Below are positions 1 to 9,739 of a stretch of DNA of 64,000 nucleotides, piece by piece; the stretch's first letter is position 1, and each line of letters starts with the position of its first letter. The notes beneath the pieces were generated by a model. It was given only the letters and a program-made list of their open reading frames with translations. It did no database searches and was not told where the DNA came from. The DNA is taken from positions 74,746-138,745 of the forward strand of contig JBPOIB010000001.1 of the NCBI GenBank assembly GCA_052034935.1, given 5' to 3'. The position numbers were made by a program, and so were the translations under genes. The DNA is from Candidatus Moraniibacteriota bacterium. GTDB lineage: Bacteria > Patescibacteriota > Minisyncoccia > Moranbacterales > UBA1568.

Positions 1-2
1 CC

Positions 3-716
3 AGCCTCAAGGGCTACTGGTCATTCAATGGGACAGATATGTCTGGTACCACAGCCTATGACCGGAGTGGTTCTGGCAATCATGGAACACTGACCAACGG
101 ACCAACGAAAACTGTTGGCAAACTCGGCCAGGGATTGAATTTTGATGTGGTCGATGACTATGTCAATGCCGGGTCCTCAGCCTCACTCGATAACCTGCCC
201 GCGGTGACAGCGAGTTTGTGGATCAAACCAAATTCCTTTGGTGAGGGAAACACCTTTGGAAAATTGATTGGGAAAGACGGAAGTATAACTGCGGGAGCTT
301 GGCAATTGAGCCTACTCAATGGCGCTTCTTGTATTTCAGCTGGTACTCCGACCCAAACCGCATCATTCTTTTTCGCTCAGACTGGAGCAACTGGTAATCA
401 TAGACTCAGTCGTTGTAGTGCAGATAATAGTATTACGCTTAACGAATGGCAACACATTGCCGTGACCTGGGATGGCGCTACTACAGGAGCAAATAATACT
501 GGTGTGCGCCTCTATAAAAATGGGGTGGAAGTATCTTACACTACGACGAGTGCCGCCGGTGTAGATAGTTTGGGTTCTGACGCATCACTCGACCTCATCA
601 TTGGCAACCGCCCGGCCGGTGACCGGACATTTGATGGCAAGATTGATGAGGTCAGGCTATATAATCGAGTATTGTCTCCTGATGAGATTGCGGCGCTGTA
701 TAATCAATCGAGGTAG
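3..716 (+). CDS. LamG/concanavalin A-like jellyroll domain protein (5' end lies before the window)
   Basis: Frame open from position 3 (SLKGYWSFNG...). LamG motifs AYDRSGSGNHGTL, WQHIAVTWDG, FDGKIDEVRLYNRVLS. Confidence 0.9.
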   Translation, partial: SLKGYWSFNGTDMSGTTAYDRSGSGNHGTLTNGPTKTVGKLGQGLNFDVVDDYVNAGSSASLDNLPAVTASLWIKPNSFGEGNTFGKLIGKDGSITAGAWQLSLLNGASCISAGTPTQTASFFFAQTGATGNHRLSRCSADNSITLNEWQHIAVTWDGATTGANNTGVRLYKNGVEVSYTTTSAAGVDSLGSDASLDLIIGNRPAGDRTFDGKIDEVRLYNRVLSPDEIAALYNQSR

Positions 717-726
717 CGAGATGAAT

Positions 727-821
727 CCCGTTAGAGATTGATGAAACAATAACCATGACTTAGGAATGGCATCAAAATGGAATAGGCAGGATGAGGTTAT
801 CAAATCTGTATCTCTAACGGG
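727..821. mobile_element. MITE-like element with CCCGTTAGAGAT/ATCTCTAACGGG inverted ends (copy 1)
   Basis: Perfect terminal inverted repeat (727-738 / 810-821) flanked by direct ATGAAT (721-726, 822-827). Same ends recur at 50425-50521. Confidence 0.75.
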
Positions 822-2402
822 ATGAATTACGAATTACTGAATGCTTTGCGTGGTTGGCGTGATGAACAGGCTCGGACTGAGGGCGTAGAGGGGTATCGCG
901 TCTTGAATAATGCGGCACTCGAGGAGCTCGCGCGGACGCTTCCGACGACGAAGGAGGGGCTTTGCGAAGTGAAGGGAATCAAGGACGCGAAGTATCGGAA
1001 ATACGGCAAGACATTGCTTGGTATGATTGCTTCGTTTACGGGCAAAGCGAACGGTACGACGGAGGGTGAGCAAGCGATAGCTGCTTTCGAACAGAGCCTG
1101 GTCGCGTCTCGAGAGAGCACTGCTGGCGAAGATCTAGAAAGTGTGCAGGCCGGTCCGGCGGAGCCGCTCTCGGTCTCGCAATTCCTCGACAGCCTCAATA
1201 TGGAGCTTTCCGGGATGGCTGCCCGGATCAAAGGCGAGGTGTCGAGTGTCGATGTCCGCGAACGGGTCGTGTATTTTAGTTTGAAAGATAGTCAGGATGA
1301 AAGCCTCATCAGTTGTCTTATTTTCCGCTACCAGTATGATGTCTCGGGCGTGAAGCTTGCGATCGGGGACGAGATCATCGTCGAGGGAGCACCGGATATC
1401 TACAAGCCGTCGGGCCGGCTCAGTCTGAAAGTCGGCATCATCGAGTATGCTGGTGAAGGTGAGCTGAAGAAAGCCTATGATGCGCTCTACAAGAAGCTCG
1501 AGTTGTCAGGTGCGTTTGCTCCCGAACGGAAACGACTTATTCCGGAATTTTCCGAGCGGATTGCGCTCATCACTTCCCGTGAAGGAGCAGCCATCGGGGA
1601 CTTCACGATGAATCTGGCTCGCTCTGGCATGCACGTCGATTTCTACCCGACCTTGGTCGAAGGAAAGAAAGCGGTGTTCGAGATCATCGAAGCAATCCGT
1701 TTCTTCAATCAGACACCGGAGCGGTATGATGCGCTCGTCATCATCCGCGGCGGTGGTAGTCTCGAGAGTTTACAGGCTTTCAATACCGAAGCGCTTGCGA
1801 ATGAAGTGCTCGGATCGGTGATTCCGGTTTTGGCGGGTATCGGCCATGAGCGCGATGTCTCGCTCGCAGCGCTCGCGGCCGACCATATGGTCTCGACCCC
1901 AACGGCGACGGCCCGCTATCTCTCGGTTTCGTGGGATGAGGCGCGCGCGAGTTTGGGCAAGCAAACGCTCGCTCTTGATCGGGTGGTGAGCGAATTTCAG
2001 GCTGAAATCGAAACTCGAATCCACAATGCCGAAGAAGCGATGCGGGACATGCTCTCGGCGCTTTCGCAAAAAGTAATCATGACACAGATGGCGTTTCGCG
2101 AAGCGGTGGCGCTTTTCCCAGGTCAGTGCCGTTCGCTTGGTGATCGGATCCAGAATGGTACCGCCTTGTGGAAAACGCATATCGAAGCGGCACTGTCGCG
2201 GAGTCGCGAGGACTTGCGGTCAGCCGGGGAGCGGCTGCGACAGTATGATCCGGTCCGCGTGCTCACGCTCGGGTATTCGATTGTCCGTAAAGAAGGTCGG
2301 ATTCTCCGAGGGAGCGGAGATGTCGCCGTCGGGGACCGTATCGATATACAACTCGGCTCGGGCAGGGTAGAATCGGAAGTAATCACCGTAACACAGTCCT
2401 AA
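822..2402 (+). CDS. xseA: Exodeoxyribonuclease VII large subunit with N-terminal HRDC domain
   Basis: OB fold (LSVSQF, IKGEVS, YFSLKD), RIALITS, IIRGGGSLESL, GIGHERD, TPTATA, LTLGYSIV. The first ~70 aa (ALRGWRDEQAR...YRVLNNAALEELARTLPTT...VKGI) are HRDC-like. Confidence 0.93.
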   Translation: MNYELLNALRGWRDEQARTEGVEGYRVLNNAALEELARTLPTTKEGLCEVKGIKDAKYRKYGKTLLGMIASFTGKANGTTEGEQAIAAFEQSLVASRESTAGEDLESVQAGPAEPLSVSQFLDSLNMELSGMAARIKGEVSSVDVRERVVYFSLKDSQDESLISCLIFRYQYDVSGVKLAIGDEIIVEGAPDIYKPSGRLSLKVGIIEYAGEGELKKAYDALYKKLELSGAFAPERKRLIPEFSERIALITSREGAAIGDFTMNLARSGMHVDFYPTLVEGKKAVFEIIEAIRFFNQTPERYDALVIIRGGGSLESLQAFNTEALANEVLGSVIPVLAGIGHERDVSLAALAADHMVSTPTATARYLSVSWDEARASLGKQTLALDRVVSEFQAEIETRIHNAEEAMRDMLSALSQKVIMTQMAFREAVALFPGQCRSLGDRIQNGTALWKTHIEAALSRSREDLRSAGERLRQYDPVRVLTLGYSIVRKEGRILRGSGDVAVGDRIDIQLGSGRVESEVITVTQS

Positions 2403-2406
2403 ACGT

Positions 2407-2610
2407 ATGAAGAAAGAATCACTCGGCGAATCGCTCAAGAAACTGGAAGCTATCACGGCTTGGTTCGAGGGCCAGGAGGAAATCGATGTCGAAAAGGCAC
2501 TCGAAAAGGTGAAGGAGGGCGTATCGCTCATCAAAGCGAGCAAGGAACGGCTCCGGGAGGTGGAGAATGAGTTCGAGATCGTGAAGAAGGAGCTCGACAA
2601 GAGCGAATAG
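2407..2610 (+). CDS. xseB: Exodeoxyribonuclease VII small subunit
   Basis: 67 aa directly after xseA; SLKKLEAI...DVEKALEKVKEGVSLIK pattern. Confidence 0.9.
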   Translation: MKKESLGESLKKLEAITAWFEGQEEIDVEKALEKVKEGVSLIKASKERLREVENEFEIVKKELDKSE

Positions 2611-2660
2611 ACCAAAGCCGGTGCTATACTGAAACAAGAAAACAAACAAAATTTTTTATC

Positions 2661-4361
2661 ATGCATCGGTTTTCAGGAGACATTTCTATCGTGCTCGGCG
2701 GCGCGGCCGGACAAGGCGTCCAGACCGTTGAGACGCTTCTGGTCCAAGTCCTGAAGCGCGAGGGCTATCATGTCTATGCATCGAAGGAATACATGTCGCG
2801 TATCCGCGGCGGAAGCAATTCGACTGAGATCCGTCTCACCTCGAAGAAACGGCGCGCGTATGTCGACCGGATCGACCTTTTGTTCGCGCTCGACAAAAAT
2901 GTCATCCCACATCTCGAACGCCGAACTTCCAAGGATACGATTGTCATCGGCGAGAAGGAAAAAGTTTGCGATACCGAATGCCGGGTAATCGATGTGCCCT
3001 TCACACGTTTCGCCAACGAGCTCGGCCACCCGATCTATACGAGCACGGTCGCGGTCGGTGTCGTTCTCGGGATGCTCAAGGCCGAAGAATCAGTCTTTCA
3101 TGATTACCTCCGGGAGCATTTCGCCCGGAAAGGCGAAGAAGTGGTCGCGAAGAATATCGAAGCCGCCAAAATGGGCTATGTTCATGGTACGCATATCTCT
3201 TTCCTCGAAGGCGTCGAGATTTCTATTCCTCGGAACCGCGATCCCGAAGAGACGCTCCTCATGGAGGGGATTGAAAGCGTCGGTCTCGGAACACTTGCGG
3301 CCGGTTGCAATTACATTAGCTCGTATCCGATGTCGCCGGGCACGGGCCTTTTGACGTTCCTCGCCGCCCATAAAAAAGAATTCGGCGTGGTCGTCGACCA
3401 GGCAGAGGATGAGATCGCCGCTATCAATCAGGGCCTCGGCGCCTGGTACGCCGGTGCTCGCGCGGTCGTGACGACTTCGGGCGGCGGCTTCGCGCTCATG
3501 GGTGAGGGCGTGAGTCTTGCTGGCATCATCGAAACTCCGGTCGTCGTCCATGTCGGGCAGCGTCCCGGCCCGGCGACAGGGCTCCCGACTAGGACCGAGC
3601 AGGCCGACCTCAATCTCGTCCTGTACGCCGGACACGGCGAATTCCCGCGCGCCATCTTTGCGCCGGGTACGCCTGAAGAGGCATATCATGCGATGACGCA
3701 GGCTTTTTATATCGCGGACAAATACCAGGTTCCGACGTTCGTCCTGACCGATCAATTCCTCCTCGATTCAGTGACGACGGTCGTGCCAAAGAACCTGAAG
3801 GCCGCTTCGGCCGAGCAGCATATCGTCGAAACGAAGGACGACTATGCCCGGTATGCGCTCGCGGAAGATGGTGTGTCGCCGCGCGGCGTCCCTGGTTTCG
3901 GCAAGGGACTTGTCGGCGTCGACTCGGATGAACACGATGTGATGGGTCATATCACGGAAAGCGCGGTCGTCCGGATGGAGCAGCATGGGAAGCGCCTCTC
4001 GAAGATCGAAGGTATCCGATCCGAAGCTCTCGCGCCAGCTATCGATGCACAGTCGAAAAAAGCCAAGACGCTCATCGTTACGTGGGGATCGAATCAGGGC
4101 GTTGTCGAGGAGGCACTCGATCTACTTCAGGACAAGGAACTCGGCCAAATCCATTTCGTCCAAGTCTATCCGCTCGATCCGAAAGGGGAGAAACTCTTCG
4201 CCAAAGCCGAGAAAATCGTCGTGGTGGAAAACAACGCTGTCGGACAGTTTGCCAATCTCCTTGAGCAGGAATACAAAATCACCGTCGCTGAGCGGATCCT
4301 GAAATGCGACGGCAATCCGTTTTCCGTCGAAGAGCTCGTCAAACGTTTCAAAAAACTATGA
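2661..4361 (+). CDS. korA: 2-oxoacid:ferredoxin oxidoreductase alpha subunit (gamma-alpha fusion)
   Basis: [52 protein letters not shown]. Confidence 0.92.
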   Translation: MHRFSGDISIVLGGAAGQGVQTVETLLVQVLKREGYHVYASKEYMSRIRGGSNSTEIRLTSKKRRAYVDRIDLLFALDKNVIPHLERRTSKDTIVIGEKEKVCDTECRVIDVPFTRFANELGHPIYTSTVAVGVVLGMLKAEESVFHDYLREHFARKGEEVVAKNIEAAKMGYVHGTHISFLEGVEISIPRNRDPEETLLMEGIESVGLGTLAAGCNYISSYPMSPGTGLLTFLAAHKKEFGVVVDQAEDEIAAINQGLGAWYAGARAVVTTSGGGFALMGEGVSLAGIIETPVVVHVGQRPGPATGLPTRTEQADLNLVLYAGHGEFPRAIFAPGTPEEAYHAMTQAFYIADKYQVPTFVLTDQFLLDSVTTVVPKNLKAASAEQHIVETKDDYARYALAEDGVSPRGVPGFGKGLVGVDSDEHDVMGHITESAVVRMEQHGKRLSKIEGIRSEALAPAIDAQSKKAKTLIVTWGSNQGVVEEALDLLQDKELGQIHFVQVYPLDPKGEKLFAKAEKIVVVENNAVGQFANLLEQEYKITVAERILKCDGNPFSVEELVKRFKKL

Positions 4362-5215
4362 TCGACAAGAAACTCTACGATATGCCGCATGGCACGGACA
4401 TGGCCTGGTGTCCGGGCTGCGGCAATTTTCCAATCCTGAATATCATGAAGGGCGTACTCTCTGAAATGGATATCCATCCGACCGAGGTCGTCATCTGTTC
4501 GGGTATCGGCCAGGCCGCCAAGACGCCGCACTATCTCCGCGTCCATTACTTCAATGGGCTCCACGGGCGAGCCTTGCCGCCAGCCATCGCCATCAAAACA
4601 AGTAATCCGAAACTAACGGTCATCGCTGAAAGTGGTGATGGTGATACCTATGGCGAGGGCGGGAATCATTTTCTGCATACTATCCGTCGCAATCCAGACA
4701 TCACCAATATCGTCCATAACAACATGATTTACGGCCTCACGAAGGGTCAGGCCTCGCCGACTTCGGAGAAGGGGATGACGACGCCGGTTCAGACGGACGG
4801 GGTCATGCTCGAGCCATTCAATCCACTAGCGGTTGCTCTCGCGGCTGGAGCCACGTTCGTCGCGCGTGCCTTCTCGGGTGATATTCCGCAAGCCAAAGAA
4901 ATCGTGAAGATGGCCATCCAACACAAGGGTTATGCGCTCGTCGATGTCTTCCAGCCGTGTGTCGTTTTCAATAAGCAGAATACGTTTCAGTGGTTCAAGG
5001 AACATACCTATTATCTCGGGAGCGAGCATGATAAGCGCGACAAGGCGAAAGCGCTCGCTCTGGCGCTCGATACGAAGCGGATGGCGATGGGAGTGATTTA
5101 CCAAGAGACCGGACGACCGAGCTATGAGGAACTCGTTCGTGAAGGCAACGACCCGCTCTATGAGCGAAAGCTCGATCAGACGAAGCTCGATGCGCTCATT
5201 GAGAAGTACCGATAG
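4358..5215 (+). CDS. korB: 2-oxoacid:ferredoxin oxidoreductase beta subunit
   Basis: [20 protein letters not shown]-binding GDGD...[21 protein letters not shown] overlap with the alpha stop places the start at 4358. Confidence 0.92.
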   Translation: MIDKKLYDMPHGTDMAWCPGCGNFPILNIMKGVLSEMDIHPTEVVICSGIGQAAKTPHYLRVHYFNGLHGRALPPAIAIKTSNPKLTVIAESGDGDTYGEGGNHFLHTIRRNPDITNIVHNNMIYGLTKGQASPTSEKGMTTPVQTDGVMLEPFNPLAVALAAGATFVARAFSGDIPQAKEIVKMAIQHKGYALVDVFQPCVVFNKQNTFQWFKEHTYYLGSEHDKRDKAKALALALDTKRMAMGVIYQETGRPSYEELVREGNDPLYERKLDQTKLDALIEKYR

Positions 5216-5256
5216 AAAAAAACCACCCTTCGAACTTACCCAGGGTGGTTTTTTTT
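5216..5256. terminator. Bidirectional intrinsic terminator
   Basis: AAAAAAACCACCCT...AGGGTGGTTTTTTTT between convergent korB and the SUF operon. Confidence 0.85.
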
Positions 5257-5258
5257 GG

Positions 5259-5582
5259 TTAGTCGAGGCCGAGTTGAATCTTGGCCTCAGGCGTCATTTT
5301 TTCAATGGTCCAGGGCGGGTCAAAGGTGAGAGCCGTCTCGACGTCCTCAATCGTGTCGAGTTCCATGACGCGATCCTCGATTTCTTTTTGGATCTGACCG
5401 AAGAGCGGACAACCCATGGTAGTGAGCGTCATGGTGATGATGCATTTCCCCTCCTTATCTACCGAAACGCCGTAAATCAAACCGAGCTCGACAATCGAGA
5501 TGCCGAGTTCAGGATCGAGCACGAGGTCGAGTTTCCCTCGCACCTGTTCCTCGATAGATTTTTTGAGATCAGCTTTTGGCAT
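5259..5582 (-). CDS. DUF59/SufT (PaaD-like) Fe-S assembly factor
   Basis: DPELGISIVELGLIY, MTLTTMGCP, FDPPWT. Start chosen at MPKADL. Confidence 0.9.
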   Translation of the reverse strand: MPKADLKKSIEEQVRGKLDLVLDPELGISIVELGLIYGVSVDKEGKCIITMTLTTMGCPLFGQIQKEIEDRVMELDTIEDVETALTFDPPWTIEKMTPEAKIQLGLD

Positions 5583-5636
5583 AGAGGAAGAAAAAGGGAG
5601 CCGGGACATCCGACTCCCGAGAAGTGATGGATGTAA

Positions 5637-5906
5637 TTACTCTGGGAAAACCTGCTTACCGTTCTCATCCTTGATTCGGATGGCGGCGACCGGACAGCCG
5701 CGGGCAGCGTTCAGGATGGTTTCCTGGTCGTCCGCATCGACCGTCGAGAGGATGCCTGCCTTGCCGGCGTCATCGAGCGCGAAGGTATTTGGTGCCATCG
5801 CAGTGCAGGGGGCAGCCCCGATGCAGACACCGTGGTCAACTTCGACGGTCCAGCCGTTACTGAGGGTTACCGGACCGGCGGGTTTCGTTTCATCTTTCCA
5901 TGCCAT
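5637..5906 (-). CDS. Monocluster ferredoxin, probably [3Fe-4S]
   Basis: CIGAAPC (CxxAxxC, second Cys replaced) with APNTF and distal AARGCPVAAI. Confidence 0.88.
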   Translation of the reverse strand: MAWKDETKPAGPVTLSNGWTVEVDHGVCIGAAPCTAMAPNTFALDDAGKAGILSTVDADDQETILNAARGCPVAAIRIKDENGKQVFPE

Positions 5907-5915
5907 AAGATGTAG

Positions 5916-6034
5916 AGCTTTTAAAATTTAGCGTATTTCTTCGTTACAAACTCTGGTGCTCGCCGTCGTATAAAAAATACGACTTACTCCGCCCCTCGTC
6001 TGTTCCTCGAACTCCGCCTAAATTTTTAAAAGCT
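5916..6034. repeat. Intergenic palindromic REP/MITE-like element
   Basis: AGCTTTTAAAATTTAGCG at the left matches the reverse complement of CGCCTAAATTTTTAAAAGCT at the right. Central hairpin GTCGTAT-AAAAA-ATACGAC. Confidence 0.6.
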
Positions 6035-6041
6035 TGATTAG

Positions 6042-6416
6042 TTATTTATCTAAAACTTTGCTGGTGAGGGTTTTCTTCAGCGTCTCGAGCGAGAGGAGGC
6101 CGCATTTCAGCCGGGCCGGGGAAAGCGCGACTCCGAGGAGCTCGAGTACAGCTTTCGGTTCGAGCGAGCGCGCCGTTTCGACTGTCTTGCCTTTGACGTA
6201 CTCGGTCAGAAGCGAGGCGGAAGCCTGGGAAATCGCGCAGCCGGAACCGGAAAACCTCACATCCGAAATAGTACCATTTTGGACGGCGATGTCCATGGAA
6301 AGCGAGTCACCGCAGGTTGGATTCTTGGCTTCTGCGTGATTGGTCGGTTGTTCGAGTGAGCCAAAATTCCGCGGGGTGCGGTAGTGGTCGAGGATTTGGT
6401 CCTGGTAGAGACTCAT
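6042..6416 (-). CDS. sufU: SufU/IscU-like scaffold or sulfur-transfer protein
   Basis: LYQDQILDHYRTPRNFG, NPTCGD, GCAISQASAS, RLKC. Confidence 0.9.
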   Translation of the reverse strand: MSLYQDQILDHYRTPRNFGSLEQPTNHAEAKNPTCGDSLSMDIAVQNGTISDVRFSGSGCAISQASASLLTEYVKGKTVETARSLEPKAVLELLGVALSPARLKCGLLSLETLKKTLTSKVLDK

Positions 6417-6420
6417 AGGG

Positions 6421-7647
6421 TTAGACGGTAAAGCGTTCAAGGGCGGCTTTTAGCGCGTCGATGAATCGATTGATATCGTCGTTCGTCGTGTAGACCGAGA
6501 AGCTGAGACGGGTTGTCGCCGGGAGCAAAAGTGAACGGTGGAGCGGTGCGGCGCAGTGTTCGCCGGCCCGGACACAGACCTCTTTTTCGCCGAGGATCTC
6601 AGCGATATCGTGCGGATGCATACCCTCGAGAGTAAAGGAAAGGATGCTTGGCCTCTTCTTAGCATCTTCCGTACCGAGGATATGAATCTTTTCGCCGAAG
6701 CTTGTCTTCAGACGGTCAATCGCATACAGAGCGATGAGTTCTTCATGGGCGTGGATATTTTCGACGCCGAGTGTCTTTACATATTGGATTGCCGCCGCGA
6801 GGCCGATGGCGCCAGCGATATTCGGCGTTCCGGCCTCGAGATTTTCCGGGAGCGCCTTGTATATGGTTTCTGAACTGCAGGCATCGAGGACCGTGCCGCC
6901 GCCGACATTTATCGGGCGAAGCTGTTCGAGTGCGGACGGTTTTCCCGTGAGGACGCCGATGCCGGTCGGACCGAAGAGCTTGTGTCCCGAGAAGACGAGG
7001 TAGTCAGCGTTCCAATTCTGGAGGTCGACAATCATGTGTCCCACCGCTTGGCAGGCGTCGACAAGGATGAGGGTCCTTGGGTTTTTTCTGCGGATCGCTG
7101 AGATAAGTTCTTTGACTGGGTTTATCACGCCGAAAACATTCGAGACGGCAGAAAAGGCCACGACCGCTGTTTCGCCGTCGATGAGCGAGACGAGATGCTC
7201 TGGGTCAATCTGACCGCTGGTATCGAAGTGTGCGATCCGAAGCTCGGCACCGCTACGATGTGCGAGTTCTTTCCAGGGAAGGAAATTCGAATGGTGCTCG
7301 AGCTCCGTAACAACGAGGTTCTTCTCTGAATCGACCGTATGTCCAAGGCCGAGCGCGACCTGATTGATGCCATGGGTCGCATTCGCGGTGAAGACGACCG
7401 TCTCCTTGCTTTCAACATTCAAAAACTTTGAGACGGTTTCCCGGGCTTCATCAAAAGCCGCGGTCGCGCTCGCCGCAAGCGGGTAGAGACCGCGGCCAAC
7501 ATTGGCCGAATACTCGAAGTAGTAGCGGTTCATCGCCTCGATGACGGCTTTCGGCTTGAGCGCCGTCGCCGCCGAATCGAGATAAACCAGTCTAGGATTC
7601 GACTCAAAAATAGGAAAGTCCCGACGAATAGTTTTTGGATCGAGCAT
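6421..7647 (-). CDS. sufS: SufS-type cysteine desulfurase
   Basis: LVYLDSAAT, EHHSN, DACQ, FSGHKLFGPTG (PLP Lys), EAGTPN, RAGEHCA. Start chosen at MLDPKTIRRDFP. Confidence 0.93.
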   Translation of the reverse strand: MLDPKTIRRDFPIFESNPRLVYLDSAATALKPKAVIEAMNRYYFEYSANVGRGLYPLAASATAAFDEARETVSKFLNVESKETVVFTANATHGINQVALGLGHTVDSEKNLVVTELEHHSNFLPWKELAHRSGAELRIAHFDTSGQIDPEHLVSLIDGETAVVAFSAVSNVFGVINPVKELISAIRRKNPRTLILVDACQAVGHMIVDLQNWNADYLVFSGHKLFGPTGIGVLTGKPSALEQLRPINVGGGTVLDACSSETIYKALPENLEAGTPNIAGAIGLAAAIQYVKTLGVENIHAHEELIALYAIDRLKTSFGEKIHILGTEDAKKRPSILSFTLEGMHPHDIAEILGEKEVCVRAGEHCAAPLHRSLLLPATTRLSFSVYTTNDDINRFIDALKAALERFTV

Positions 7648-7651
7648 AAGC

Positions 7652-8242
7652 TTAATCAGTGAGGGTATCGAGAAGAATATGAAAGGCTTCAGTTCTGACA
7701 CCGAGTCTTTCTATTCGTTCCATCGCTTCCTGAAAAAATCCTGACACGAGTAGGTTTCGGGCGGCGGCTTTCGGCAATCCGCGTGATTCGGCAAAAAAGA
7801 GAGCTTCGTCGTTCAGGGGAGCGGTTGTTGCAGCGTGATGGCATTTGACATCATGCGCGAGGATTTCCAGAGCGGGCCGAGCCTGGGATCTGGCAAGAGG
7901 AGAGAGAAGAAGGGTACGGCTTTCCTGCGAGGCATCGGAGCGGTGAGCGTCTTTGTCGATGATAATCGCTCCGTCATAAGTGAACGAAGCAGTGCCACCG
8001 AGCGCTGCTTTTACCAGTGCGGAAGAAACCGTGTCGGGCGCAAGATGTTTCTGCACGAGATCAAGCGATTGTCTCGAGTCGCCAGTGCCAGTATAGAAAG
8101 CGAAAACATGTGCCGCCGCGCCGTGGCTAGCCAGTTCAATCGTGATTTTCCCGGTCCGATTGAGCAGGAAGAAAACTATGTTCTCGCTTTCTTCGAGTCG
8201 GTAGACGGTTTGGGTTTCGCTGGAAATATCGCGGTAGCGCAT
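7652..8242 (-). CDS. sufD: Short SufD-family protein (C-terminal beta-helix region only)
   Basis: SDASQESRTLLLS, PALEILAHDVKCHHAAT, ESRGL...LLVSGF. Lies between sufB and sufS. Confidence 0.85.
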   Translation of the reverse strand: MRYRDISSETQTVYRLEESENIVFFLLNRTGKITIELASHGAAAHVFAFYTGTGDSRQSLDLVQKHLAPDTVSSALVKAALGGTASFTYDGAIIIDKDAHRSDASQESRTLLLSPLARSQARPALEILAHDVKCHHAATTAPLNDEALFFAESRGLPKAAARNLLVSGFFQEAMERIERLGVRTEAFHILLDTLTD

Positions 8243-8248
8243 AGGTGT

Positions 8249-9658
8249 TTAGCCGATCGAGCCTTTCATTTCGAGATTGATGAGACGATTGAGTTCGATC
8301 GAGTACTCGAGTGGGATTTCCTTTACGACGGGATCGATGAAGCCGTTGACGAGAAGCCCCTCCGCATCGCCTTGGCTGATACCGCGCGAAGTGAGGTAGA
8401 ACAGCTTTTCCTCGCCGATGCGCTCGACGGTCGCCTCGTGCTCGATGGTGGCGGTTTCTTCATTGATGCGCATCGTCGGATAGGTGTCCGAGCGTGACTC
8501 TCCATCGAGGAGGAGGGCATCACAGACGACAGAGGCTTTCGCATTGGTCGCGCCGTTTGCAATATGGACCAAGCCGCGGTAGGAAGTGCGCCCACCGTCT
8601 TTGGAAATCGATTTCGAGATGACACGCGAAGTGGTGTCGGGCGCGAGATGAACCATCTTGGCGCCGGCGTCTTGATGTTGACCTTTCCCGGCGTAGGCAA
8701 TCGAGAGAACCTCCCCACGCGCACCTCGGCCAGCGAGATAGACCGCTGGGTACTTCATCGTGACGCCCGAGCCGATATTGCAGTCAATCCACTCCATGAT
8801 AGCGTTTTCTTCGGCCCGGGCGCGCTTGGTGACGAGGTTGTAGATATTCTTGGACCAGTTCTGGACCGTCGTGTACCGGACGCGAGCGCCCTTCTTCACG
8901 AAGATCTCAACGACGGCCGAGTGGAGCGAGCTCGCGCGGTAAATCGGGGCAGTGCAACCTTCGATATAGTGGACCGAACTCCCTTCTTCGGCGATGATAA
9001 GCGTCCGTTCGAATTGCCCGAAGCTTTCGGCATTGATGCGGAAGTAGGCCTGCAGAGGGAGATCAACTTTGACTCCTTTCGGAACATAGACGAATGAACC
9101 ACCACTCCAGACAGCAGAGTTGAGCGCGGCGAATTTGTTATCATTCGGCGGGATGAGCGTGCCGAAGTATTCTTTGATGATGTCCGGATATTTCTTCACC
9201 GCCGTATCCATGTCGCAGAAGATGACACCGAGCTTGGTTAATTCCTTGTGGACGCTTTCGTAGACGACTTCGGATTCATACTGGGCCGAGACTCCAGCAA
9301 GGAAATTCTTTTCGGCTTCGGGGACACCAATCTTGTCGTAGGTGTCTTTGATTTCCTTCGGCAGATCTTCCCAGGTCTGTGACTGTTCGGAGGTGGCCTT
9401 CAGATAGTAAGTGATCTTTTCGAAGTCGATGCCGGAGAGATCAGCGCCCCAATCGGGCATCGGCTTGTCGAGAAAAGTCTGGTAGCTTTTCAAGCGAAAA
9501 TCGCGCATCCATTTCCCCTCGCCTTTGACACCCGAGATTTCCGCGACCGTCGCCGCATCCAAACCAGCGCTCGTCTTGTGAACGGAGCGCTCTGGCATGG
9601 AGAAACCGTACTGATAGTCTCCGAGGTCGATATTCTTTTGATCCGTTTTCCGAGCCAT
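8249..9658 (-). CDS. sufB: Fe-S cluster assembly protein SufB
   Basis: AQYESEVVY, DNKFAALNSAVWSGGSF, GQFERTLII, YIEGCTAP, LHSAVVE, TMKYP, HEAT, MKGSIG. Confidence 0.97.
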   Translation of the reverse strand: MARKTDQKNIDLGDYQYGFSMPERSVHKTSAGLDAATVAEISGVKGEGKWMRDFRLKSYQTFLDKPMPDWGADLSGIDFEKITYYLKATSEQSQTWEDLPKEIKDTYDKIGVPEAEKNFLAGVSAQYESEVVYESVHKELTKLGVIFCDMDTAVKKYPDIIKEYFGTLIPPNDNKFAALNSAVWSGGSFVYVPKGVKVDLPLQAYFRINAESFGQFERTLIIAEEGSSVHYIEGCTAPIYRASSLHSAVVEIFVKKGARVRYTTVQNWSKNIYNLVTKRARAEENAIMEWIDCNIGSGVTMKYPAVYLAGRGARGEVLSIAYAGKGQHQDAGAKMVHLAPDTTSRVISKSISKDGGRTSYRGLVHIANGATNAKASVVCDALLLDGESRSDTYPTMRINEETATIEHEATVERIGEEKLFYLTSRGISQGDAEGLLVNGFIDPVVKEIPLEYSIELNRLINLEMKGSIG

Positions 9659-9739
9659 GGTTGTGACTATTCATTTTCTTTCTTCAAACCGGTGAGGAGT
9701 ACCTCAGCAGTTTTCAGTAAAGAAAATCGTATACTCTTT

